From the human T2T-CHM13v2.0 reference genome, Homo sapiens, in NCBI RefSeq assembly GCF_009914755.1, contig NC_060927.1: 64,000 nucleotides of DNA. The stretch is one strand, 5' to 3'. A model generated the notes under the pieces. It did not search any database. It was not told the origin of the DNA and saw nothing but the letters and a program-made list of their open reading frames with translations. Positions 49,183-64,000 of the stretch are shown here, piece by piece. Numbering within the stretch: position 1 is the first letter of the stretch; every line of letters begins with the position of its first letter. A program made the position numbers and the translations under genes.

Positions 49183-50539
49183 TATGCTTTATTTTTCTGA
49201 TGACACTAAAAAAGAATACTTAATCAAATTATAACAATCTTAAAGAGAGACAAAATAATTTAATATTTTGAATTCTTTGATTTTTGTACCAATTCTGGTC
49301 CAAATTCATCGAAAACACTTTCCATCTACCTAGGAAATAAGAAACCCTAGTACTGGTAGATTGTGAAGATTCAAGTGAAAATGTTTTAATATTCTCTTCA
49401 GATCAATTTTCATTCATTTATTGTGTTCAAAGGACTGAAAATCTGTACCTCACACAGAGTGTCTGCCAAAAATAATTTAAAAAAATTTTAAAGGCATTAC
49501 CAAGAGTTGGGTAGTAACATGGTCAGTGCCTAGATAAACACTCTCCTCAATAAAGCCCTAGAAATTCAGTTTGGTTGTTATCTATCATAAACAGTTACTA
49601 TGTTTATAAATCTTGTAGGTTCTCTAAGATTTCATGTGAGCACAATTTTCCGGGGAATCTACAGGAAGATAGTCTATCATATAAATCATGAACTCCCACA
49701 GCTGGCACCAAACTAGACAATTCACTTAACACTTCACATAGACTATAAACTCCTTGATTGCACAGACTGTTCATATGTCTCCTTGTAACCTACACAACAT
49801 CCAATGTAGTCCTTTGCACACAGTATATACAACCTGAGTTGGCCAGCCTTAGTTCACACTTGATCTTGTAATGCAAAAACTCAGTGGAGGTTTTTTAACA
49901 GAAAGGTGAGGTGAAGTAGCTTATTCAGATAAATCTTGATAGATTATCCCAAGCTAAGAAAGGAAAATTCTAATTTGAAGAGAAAGGAACCCTAATATTT
50001 GAATATTTCTTTACAGATTAAAGAAGCTATTTATGTGAGCACTCTCACTTAAGTATGAAAAAACTTAAAATGATTATTAAATATTTCATCCTACATCTTA
50101 CCAAGAAGAAACAAATTTAGAGAGGTAAAATGACTTCTCCAATTTCTTAAAGGGCTCTCTATTCAGTAACTTGGGAGGATTAGGAAAATAAGAAACCCTA
50201 GTACTGATGGAAAAGAGGCACAGGCAAGTACAAGTACCTTCAGGTATTATAATCGCCAACCACATTAAGGAATCAGAGAGACTGGCTGGGGGTTAACAAC
50301 AAAGTCCTTTTCCAATAATTTACAGAAAAATAGAAATTAAACCCTAGAGTTCAGGAATAGCTATTACTTCACCACCATTCCCTATCTAGATAGATTTTTT
50401 ATCTCAGGGTGATCTTTATAAAATGTAACCTATCTTAATATTAAAATAAACTCAGGACAGAGTTTAACATTACATACTGAAAAGATGTCAAAATAATGAA
50501 GTACTAGCAAAGAACACACTGCAAAAGAACTTAAGAGGA

Positions 50540-51964
<1,425 letters not shown>

Positions 51965-51979
51965 TGGACCACTTCTTTA

Positions 51980-53426
<1,447 letters not shown>

Positions 53427-53926
53427 GAGTAGTCTAAACATTTATCCACGGTTTCATTTTCCGTGGATACATTTTCCACAATTTCAGTTAACCACAGTCC
53501 AAAAATAATAAATGGAAAATTCCAGGAATAATGAATGAATTTTAAATTGCCATCGTTCTGAGTAGCGTGGTGAAATCTCATGCCATCCCAGTCCCTCCTA
53601 CCAGGTCATGAATCATCCCTTTGTCTAGCTTGTCCATACTGAACATGTTACCTGCCCATTCATCACATAGCAGCCCTCTCACAGTTAGCAGATCAACTGC
53701 AGGGGTTCCAGTAACCCTTGTGTTACTTATCATAATGGTGCCAAAGCACAAGAGTAGTGACACTGTCATATTATTGTTGTTAATCTCTTACTGTGTTGAT
53801 TTATAAACTTTACTATAGGTATGTATGTATACAAAAATGCAGTATATACAGGTTTTAGTGCCATCTGCAGTTTCTGGAATTCACTGGGAGTCTTGGAATG
53901 TATCCTTCTCAGATAAGGGGCGGGGG
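53427..53926 (+). mobile_element. MER44 (Tigger7-derived) element, right TIR eroded
   Basis: gagtagtc left end; aaatggaaaattccaggaata...ttctgagtagcgtggtgaaatctc; cactgggagtcttggaa...gataagggg. Confidence 0.82.
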
Positions 53927-54163
53927 AAACAATTCAATCTTTTAAAATGGGTAAAAGATTTGAAGAGAAACTTCACCAAAGACAATATACGGATGGCAAA
54001 TAAATGCGAAAAGATATTCAACACTATTAGTCATTTTAAAAATGCAAATTAAAACTACAATGAAATACCACTATACACCTATTAGAATAGCTAAAATTAA
54101 AGAGACTGACTAAACCAAGCCTTGGGATACCCTGCTGGTGAGAATAAAAAACAAAAACGATCA

Positions 54164-54533
<370 letters not shown>

Positions 54534-55243
54534 TCATGAAAACTATTTCTGTAAATACTCTGATAGGCTATATTCTTTTTTGTTGTCTAAATGAAAATAT
54601 CACTTCACTGTTTTGTAGACTTTTCTTAAACAATTAGAATATCTCCCACATTAAGAAGCATATTTTTAAAATAACTGCATAGATTCCACTGTATGATTAT
54701 ATTCTTTTCAGAATAATATCATTAAGGTAAAAGTTTCCATGATATACTGACTTCTCAAAGTTTAATCATTAACTTTCTTATATAAATGACAAATGTCTCC
54801 AAAATTCCCCAAATGGATTGAAGTTGAAGCAATCTAGGAAGTTTTGGACCTCAGAATGCTGTAGGTTTTACTTATAGTTTCTCCCCATCCCCATCCAAAT
54901 TTTAAAACATAAATTTCAAGTATGGGAAGACCAACTTCAGTCAAGATTCAATTTCTGGATTAAAACATCACAAAACTAGAATTTTTAAAAGAAACCAACC
55001 ATTTTGTAGAATTTTTAAATTTTAAATGTATTAAAACTCCTACAGGTACAGTTTCATTTATACCATAAACATTTACTTATGCTCTAGTAATAATTTGATC
55101 ATTGCTTTTGACTGGAAGAGTTTTAGGGCAGAATTAGTAAAAGCCCCACAGCTTGCTAACAGAATTTCATTATAGCTTCCATAGTTTTAGTAACTGGCCT
55201 TATATATTTGGGTATACATCTCTTCCTAAAAAGTCTGATATAA

Positions 55244-55583
<340 letters not shown>

Positions 55584-55901
55584 TGCAATAAAATTTTTAT
55601 AAGGCAATTAAAGTTCCCTAATTTCTTTAAAAATTAAACTTATTTTCTTAACTAAGTTCCCTAATTTCTTCCTAGCCTCCAGAACTGTAAGAAATAAAGG
55701 AGATGACCCTCCTTCTGGCTTATGGTCAAGTCACTTAGTAGTCTAAGACTACTTTTATAAAACAACTTTACTAAATGTTTAGTTCTCTTAGCAATAATTA
55801 ACCAATTTAGGTGTCTATATAGATAGCTGTTATACAGGTAAGAGCTAATAACATTTTACCTCTAACAGAAACTTTATGTAAGAAATTTCAAGGTACAACA
55901 C

Positions 55902-55979
55902 AATGAGATTCAAATAAGGTATAAGATAGGCATCATAATAAATGAGATTCAAATAAGGTATATGATAGGCATCATAAGA
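55902..55979. repeat. 39-bp tandem duplication
   Basis: Two copies, 37/39 identical. Confidence 0.95.
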
Positions 55980-56099
55980 AATCAAGATGGGCTTCATTTC
56001 TTATGATTCCTATCCACAGAAAAAGATTTAGAAGGACCTACAAATTCTATAATGAAAAACAGAATTAAGGGGAGGGGAAAAAAGATAATTTTTATCTAT

Positions 56100-56406
<307 letters not shown>

Positions 56407-56849
56407 TATTTTTTTCTTTTTACTGTTCTGTGATATGGATTTTTTAAGCAATTATACCTTTTTGCAATTGTAGGACCTATGAAAAACTAGAAGCTTTCAA
56501 TTGTTTTGTACCATAATATTTTGTTATTAAAAAACAATAACAAAAAACAGTTCTATAGAAGTTAAAAGAGCCACGTTTGTTACAATTGTTTGTCTAAATA
56601 ATAGTTTTCCTAGGCTTCCAATTTGACTGATGCTTGTCTGTGGTATAATTTAGAAAAAGATCAGTGGATGCCTGGCTCCTCAGAATTCTACACTTTCCAA
56701 TATTGAGGAACTACTGCTAATCGTAAAAGCTGCCACTAAGTGAGACCTTACTTTGTGCCAGTCATTGGATTAAGCATTTCACATTCATTACCACATTTAA
56801 TCATTATATTAACCCTAAGTAGTAAGCATTATTACTACTACTACTACTA

Positions 56850-57554
56850 CATTAGTCTCTCCTTACCCGCACTTTCGCTTTCCACAGTTTCAGTTACCTA
56901 CAGTCAACCACAGTTCCAAAATATTAAATGTAAAATTCCAGTAATAAACTATTCATAAATTTTAAATTGCACACTGTTCTGAGTAGTGTGATGAAATCTC
57001 ACGCTGTCCTGCTCTATCCCACTAGGAATATAAATCCTCTATTTGTCCAGCACATCCACACTGTATATACTACCTGCCCGTTAGTCATCGGCATTGTCTG
57101 CTCTTGACGTCTAACCATGGACATTATTATGGCTCACTGATCTAGGATCATTCACAGCAGATTATTCTCCTACTGGCATATGGTTAGAAGGTCAGTAGTA
57201 GCCTAAGGCTATGTCACAAGGCCTATGTCACTCACCTCACTATCTCATCATGTAGGCATTTTATCATCTCACATCATCACAAGAAGAAGGGTGGTTACAG
57301 CACAATAAATATTTTGAGAGAGAGGGAGATAATCCACATTCATATAACTTTTTTACAGTATACTGTAATTATATAATTGTTCTATTTTATTATTTTGTTT
57401 TAATCACTTACTGTGCCTAATTTGTAAATTAAATTTTATCACAGAACACATGTATAAGAAAAAAATGGTACATATAGGATTCGGTACTATTCATGGTTTT
57501 AGGCATCCACTGGGGGTCTTGGAACATACCCCCGAAAGTAAGGGGAAATAACTG
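56850..57554 (+). mobile_element. MER44 (C/D-length, Tigger7-derived) element
   Basis: TA|cattagtctctccttacccg ... taaggggaaataactg|TA; same internal motifs as the copy at 53427. Confidence 0.85.
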
Positions 57555-57964
57555 TAGTGCTGGAAAAACTGGACAGACACAATTAAAGAAATGAATCTAA
57601 GCATAGACCTTATACCTTTCACAAAAATTAACTTGAAATGGATCATAGACTTAACTGTAAAATGAAAAGCTATTAAACTCCTAGAAGATAACAGGAAAAA
57701 AATCTAGGTGTCCTTGGGTTTGGTGGTGACTTTTAAAATACAACATAAAAAACACATCCATGAAAGAAAAAATTTGGTAAGTTGAACTTCGTTAAAATTA
57801 GAAATGTCTGCTCTGAGGAAGACATGAATGAAAAGTCACACACTCTAGGAAAAGTCTTTGCAAAATACGTATCTGATAAATGACTGTTACCCAAAACATA
57901 CAAAGAATTCTTAAAACTCAACAATAAGAAAACCAACAACTCAATTAAAATTGGACAAAAGGCT

Positions 57965-58335
57965 TGCTATGGTCTGAATGTTAGTAGACTAGCCTATCAA
58001 ACTCATACACTGAAACCTAAGCATCAATGTGATGGTATTAGGAGGTAGGGCTGTTGGGAGGTGATCATGCTATGAGGACTCTGAGATTAATACCCTTATA
58101 AAAGATGCCCCAGAAGCCCCAGGACTCTGAGATTAATACCCTTATAAAAGATGCCCCCACGGAAGGACACAGCAAGAAGGCACTATCTATGAACCAGAAA
58201 ACAAGCCCTCACCAGACACTGAATCTGCCAGTGATCTTACACTTCCCTAGTCTCCATAACCATAAGAAATAAATTTCTGTTACTTATAACCCACCCATGT
58301 TTATGGTATTTTAGCTACTTCAATGGACTAAGACA
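57965..58335 (+). mobile_element. MLT1A-type MaLR solo LTR
   Basis: tgctatggtctgaatgtt start, gccctcaccagacactgaatctgcc, aataaatttctgtt, tggactaagaca end. Confidence 0.85.
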
Positions 58336-58740
58336 AGACCTGAACAGATACCTCATCAAAAGAGGTAAACAGATGGGAAAATAAAGCATATAAGAAGATG
58401 TTCAACATCATATGTCATCAGGGAATTGCAAATTAATACACTGGCATACTACTACTACACACCTATTAGAATGGCTAAAATCCAAAACACTGACATCACC
58501 AAAGGACGGTGAGGATGTGGAGCAACAAGAACACTCACTCATTGCTGGTGGGAATACGAAATTATTTTACACAGCCACTTTAGAAGACAGGTTAGCACTT
58601 GTTTACAAAACTAAACTTACTCTTACCACAGCAATTGTACTACCTGGTATTTACTCAAATGGACTGAAAATATGACCACATAAAAACCTGCACATGAATG
58701 TTTACAGCACCTTTATTCATAATTGTCTAAACTTCAGCTA

Positions 58741-59136
<396 letters not shown>

Positions 59137-59594
59137 CTATCATATCACAAAGTTATGCAGGCACCTTAAATGCATATTGCTGAGAAAAAAAGCTAATCTG
59201 AAAAGGCTATATACTGTATGATTCCAAGAAAAGGCAAAACTATGGAAATAGTAAAAAGATCAACAGTTATCAAGTGTCTTGAAGAAGGGAAAAATGAGTA
59301 GGTGTTATTCAGGAAATTTTTAGTGCAGTATTTTGTATGATACTCTAATAGTAGATACATGTCCCTATACAATTGTCAAAACCCACAGACTGTACAACAC
59401 AAAGAGTGAACCATAAGGCAAACTCTAAACTTTAGTTAATAATAATGTATAAATAATGGTATATTGATTGTCACAAATGTACTACACCAAGGCACCAGTA
59501 ATATTGGAAACTCTAGAGATGGGGTTGGAATGAGTGTATATATGGCAATTCTCTGTACTTTCCACTCACTTTTCTGTAAAACTACAACTGTTCA

Positions 59595-60400
59595 AATAGA
59601 CATTTCTCCCCAAGAAGACATAAAAACCACCAATAAGCACATGAAAAGATATAGAACAGCAGAAAATGCAAATTAATATGTCAATGAGATACCACTTCAC
59701 ACCCACGAGGATGGGTATAATAAAAAACTAGATAATAACAAGTGCTATCAAAGTTGCAGAGAAATTGCAATGCTCATACATTGTTGGGGGATTGCTGCTT
59801 TAGAAAATAGGTACAGCTGCTTTAGAAAATAGGTTAATATTTCTTCAAACTGTTAATCATTTAATCACTTTATGGGCCTGTGATTCCATTCCTAGGAACA
59901 CACTAAAGAGAAATGAAAACCTATTTCCCCACAAAAACTTGACACAAATATTCATAGTAGCATCATTCATAACAGCCAAAAAGTATAAACAATCTAAATG
60001 TTCATCAGCTGATGAACAGATAAACCATATGTGGCATGTCCATACAATGGAATATTATTCAGCCATAAAAGGAATGAAGTACTGAGACATGCTACAACAG
60101 GAATCAACTTCAAAAATACTATTCTAAGTGAAAGAAGCCAGACACAAAAGATCGTACATTGTGTGATTCCAGGATGGGCAAATCCATAGACAGGTAGTAG
60201 ATCAGTAGTTTCCAGGGCCTGGGGGAAGGAAAGGATAGGGAGTGACTGCTAATGGGTACACAGTTTCATTTTGAGATGAAAATATTCTGGAATTAGATAG
60301 TAGTGATAGTTGCCTAACTCTGTGACTATACTAAAACCAATGAGTTATATCCTTTAAAAGGGTAAATATACATCACATTAATTATATCTCAATAAGGTTG
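59595..60400 (+). mobile_element. L1MB-type 3' end
   Basis: catacaatggaatattattcagccataaaaggaatgaagtactga...ggagtgactgctaatgggtac...tatatctcaataa. Confidence 0.82.
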
Positions 60401-60939
60401 TTATAAATAAATATATCAAGCAGCTGACCACTCCCCACAAAAAAAAAAAAAAAAAAAATAGAAAGGTTTTAGTGAAACTAGTCAAAAGAGTAACTTTAAC
60501 TCCTGATATTCAATACTGCTTTTGGCCTTACCTCAGATATATATGGGAATTTGAAACAGTATAAACACAAAATAACAGTAAACTCAAAAAAAGTGAGAAA
60601 ACTTAAAAAGCACATTATGCCTTATATCAAGTTTTATTTCTCCTTCTCTCAAACCACTCAAGACACTGAAAGCCAGAAAGAAGAAATTCAAGTCCACAAA
60701 TATCAAATATCGTGCCTCCATTTTTTCTCAGTGGAACAATCAAGGAGGCAATAAAACTATATATAATTTTAACAGCAAACTCAATACAGTTCTTCCACAT
60801 CAATCTTTGTTAATTCCCTGAAAATTCCATTAAAATTTTAAAAATGTATTTAACCTACCTAGGCTCTTCAGAAACTATAAAAGCAGCATAAAACAGTCTG
60901 TATCCTTAAGAAACTCTGTATGAAAGTTTTAATGAAACT

Positions 60940-61155
60940 TTGTATGAAAACCTGCCTCTCAGGTTTCCCACTGCAAGGAACATCATTATCAATGGTCCCA
61001 ACTGCTGACCTATCAAATCCATTCTCTTGCTGGGGACAGGCAAAGATTCCCAGCCTATATGACTGAGAACAGCAGGCATACTTAATGGAGACCTTTTCCC
61101 AGGAAAAACTGAACTCCTCTGACTTGGTAACTTTGGTTTGAGGACTCCCATTGCC
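60940..61155 (+). mobile_element. LTR16-like (ERVL) fragment
   Basis: cccagcctatatgactgag...actcctctgac...actttggtttgaggactccc resembles recalled LTR16 consensus. Confidence 0.5.
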
Positions 61156-61717
61156 ATGCTGTTACTTTCTTAGAGCTGTACTGGCAATGTAACACTTTTC
61201 CTATCCAACTTGTAGCTGTCCTTCCCTTTTCTTCCACCTAATTATAGCCTCCACTTGAAAACTACAAATTTCCATGACTTAAAGAACAGTGCTACACATA
61301 GCACAAAGATTACTATTTCTTTCAAGTTTCTATCGGTTTTATCAGCAAATAGATTTTTTACAAGTGACTTAAATGGCTATATAAAATACTAATAATTAGG
61401 TGCCTGAAAACAGAATTACCAAATTTAAGAGAGTATAAAACCAATAGGGGGAAAAAATTTGACGTATAGCAGTGTGTAGTAACTTACAACCTTAAGAATA
61501 AAAACAAAGAGTTTAGTTATAAGGAGTTTTAAAACTTAGAAAATGTTGTCATAAAACTTTGTTCCATTTGATTCACAAAACACTGAAGAAGAGAAAAAAG
61601 GCAGCACAATAATGTTTACTGAGTTCCTTTATGTACCAAACACTGGGCTGGGCATTGCTGTATTAGTACCGTCCCCATTTTACAGGCAGTGAAATTGAGG
61701 GTCATAAATTTCACAGA

Positions 61718-62180
61718 TGACAGAGCAGGAACATCACCATCTTGAACAAGCCCCTCATTCTAAAATTCACCTTAATAAGAAACTGCCTAAATCCAAAGGG
61801 CATCCCCCTAATGGCTAAGGTCAGCATGACCATAAACCACAAACAACATCACCAACCTGAAACATTCCAAACTCCTCCCAGATCAGAGACATACTAGCCT
61901 CAAAATAAACCCCTCTCTGGGCCGGAAAGATGTCTGCCCCAAGATAACCTCCCCTCCTCCCAAAGAGATTCCAACCCCGCCATAAAATTCTCCACACACA
62001 TAAATATTCCAAGCTTGTGATAAGCCCCCTCGCCCTAAAACCAATATATATTCTTAGTCTGTAAAAGGAAACACTTCTTAACGAAATCGGCCAGGAGTGC
62101 CTCTCAGGTTTTGTCTAAAATAAACCTGTCTTTAACTGCCAGCCGCGTTTTGTGTTTCTTTCCTTTCTTTAACTCTTACA
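61718..62180 (+). mobile_element. ERV1 5' LTR (MER66-like)
   Basis: TG...CA ends, tgacagagcaggaacatcaccatctt start, AATAAA near 62119, followed directly by a PBS. Confidence 0.88.
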
Positions 62181-62182
62181 TT

Positions 62183-62200
62183 TGGTGCCCAAACCCGGGA
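62183..62200 (+). other. Retroviral primer-binding site, tRNA-Phe
   Basis: TGGTGCCCAAACCCGGGA, 17/18 to the complement of the tRNA-Phe 3' end (TGGTGCCGAAACCCGGGA), 2 nt after the LTR. Confidence 0.88.
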
Positions 62201-62676
62201 TGAGTGCTGGGGGCAGAGGCTCTCTTGCAACCCAGGAAGCAGTGGGCAACAGCAGCTCATCTTGAGTTAATTCCTGGATCCTGAGGGTCTCTGGCCACAT
62301 GCCCCATCTTTTCTCTCACTTCACTTTTCCCTCATCCTCCCTTTTTTTTTCTTCCTCTCTCTCTCTCCCTCGTGCGGCTGCAGTCCAGGAGGCCCTTTGC
62401 CAAATCCAACCGGAACATCCAACATTGGACACTAATCCAGCCAACTGGTAAGATCTGCCGTCCCCTGGCTTTCTTGCAGTACCCAGGAAAAGTCAGGTCA
62501 GCCATCCCGGTCCTCAGAGGACCAGCAGGACTAAGCTAGAGGAAATCTTGGGGATGCCCAGTTTCTTCTCAGCTTGATGACTGTCCTCTTCAGAAAGACG
62601 ATTCCGGACTTCTGTCTTTTGTCTGGGGATGCCTAGAACAAAAACAGACACCCTCGGCTTCTTCTCACCAGTCCAC

Positions 62677-63290
62677 ATGGGTGCCAAACAATTCCACATT
62701 CCTACGGTCTCTCCACTGTGCTGTCTCCTTCATGACCTCGCCAAAGTTGGCTTAAGTGTTTAGTCTTTTACTGTAACACAGCCTGGCCCCAAAACACATT
62801 AGATAATGGCAGCCCATGGTCCGAAAATGGCATCTTTAACTTGCAAATTCTCAGGAACTTCACAACTTTATGACCAGGAATGGCAAATGGCAAGAGGTTC
62901 TCTATATTCAGGCCTTCTTCTACTTCTACCTTAAATCCCAACCCTACCTGTGTCAAGCTTGTACCTCTTATAAAATCTTTCTTCTTATTAAAAACCCTCT
63001 CCGGGTCTCTCCTTCCTCCGAAACTCCTTTTGACCCTGCAGATGAACCCTCTCTGTATTCTTATCCCCCTGCATCTGCTCCTAGCCTGTCCAAACCCTCC
63101 ACCCTGGTGGCCCTACCTGCCTCCAAGCCTTCAGCCCCAAACCCCACTCCTCCTCCTCCTCCACCTGTTACCCATTCAAAAACCACCTCTGCCATTCTCC
63201 CTCTCTGGGAAGTGGCTGGAGTTAAAGGCACTGCTCATGTTCATGTCTCTTTCTCCATGTCTGACTTGTCACAGATCAAAACTATGAGTA
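62677..63290 (+). pseudogene. gag: Decayed gammaretrovirus-like gag (MA, proline-rich region, start of CA)
   Basis: MGAKQ..SPL.CLL, FYCNTAWPQ, W.ENG, GKWQEVLYIQAFF, PPPPPP, LPLWEVAG..HVHVSFSMSDLSQIK; contains a stop and frameshifts. Confidence 0.8.
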
Positions 63291-64000
63291 TATTCAAAAG
63301 GTCTTTATAGTTTTCTCTTCATCAATCTTATTTTCCTGGAAAAGGTTTTCCCCCAGTTAACTCAATTACTTTTCTTCACTGTGTCTTGCAACTCTTGGTG
63401 CATATGTAAAAAACCCTAAAATGACTTCTGGTGCCCTGGGATTCCTTTGGAAAAGAGAAAAGGCACCACAAATCCCATTTTGGGGAAAAATCTGTTTTCC
63501 TTATGGAAACCGTGGAATTAGAGGTAAATAAGTACCTCTCAAAATCTTTGTATTTGTCTTCCAGCTATACCTGTTTATTAGACCCTGGAAACTGTTTTCC
63601 TAGTCCTGTTCTTCAAGGGCCTCACCTGAAGGTCAATAATCCAATTGGGAAATTAGCAGAGAGAAAAAAAAAACGTTATAGCTACTGAATCTTCTTCTGG
63701 TTGTCTGTGTGGCTATATATGTGTTGTCTGTGCAATGTCTATTAAAAGAGCTCTAATTAATTGGCCTAAGAAAACTAAGCACTTAAATCAAATATTTTTA
63801 AGGGAAAAGTAAAAGCTGTGGGACCTTTCAGTTCACGTGACCTTAATCTTTAAATCTTACTGGTACACTAAAGTTAGAAGTATCTTAAAAGTTGCCAGCA
63901 TACCTTTTTGTTTGCATTTGTTAATCAGGCAAATTCATACTTTTCTCGGCCAAATACTGTAAGGTGTCAACATTTTGCATAGAGGCTGCAAAACTAACTC
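63291..64000 (+). mobile_element. ERV1 internal sequence (MER4-group-like, non-coding), runs off the window
   Basis: Continues from gag; agagctctaattaattggcctaag...cacttaaatcaaatattttt type motifs. Confidence 0.6.

Noticed and set aside
59794-59834. 19-bp direct repeat gctgctttagaaaataggt (also a 17-bp repeat at 55611-55670)
   Set aside because: Common microduplications with no further structure
62870-63310. 146-aa gag-frame ORF as a domesticated gene
   Set aside because: Starts mid-matrix after a frameshift and ends early in capsid; no sign of selection visible from sequence alone

Overview
Primate, almost certainly human, genomic DNA (dense Alu/L1/L2/MIR content plus a human-specific AluYa5) lying inside the GSK3B (glycogen synthase kinase-3 beta) gene, which is transcribed on the minus strand. 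Only two bona fide coding exons are present: exon 3 (30957-31040, 84 nt, [28 protein letters not shown]) and exon 4 (7066-7176, 111 nt, [37 protein letters not shown]), both phase 0 with canonical GT-AG sites. The rest is intron 2 (31041-64000), intron 3 (7177-30956) and intron 4 (1-7065). These introns hold about 30 Alus, old L1M/L2/MIR fragments, hAT and Tigger MITEs, MaLR solo LTRs and the 5' end of an ERV1 provirus (MER66-like LTR, tRNA-Phe PBS, decayed gag). Nearly every ORF in the supplied track is a repeat artefact. I see no evidence of a new multi-gene system. The best leads are: (1) an in-frame 87-nt exon-like segment only 56 nt downstream of exon 3, an architecture typical of sterically mutually exclusive exons, followed by two poison/terminal-exon candidates; (2) an L1MC split at a duplicated TA by a 4.1-kb block bounded by two directly oriented MER44/Tigger7 elements (composite-transposon-like); (3) a 114-nt retroposed mRNA 3' end that places a sense AATAAA in intron 4; (4) inverted Alus flanking exons 3-4, whose 195-nt circle would be a stop-free ORF; (5) several template-switch-type palindromic insertions. 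Repeat subfamily names come from recalled consensus sequences and repeat boundaries are approximate.
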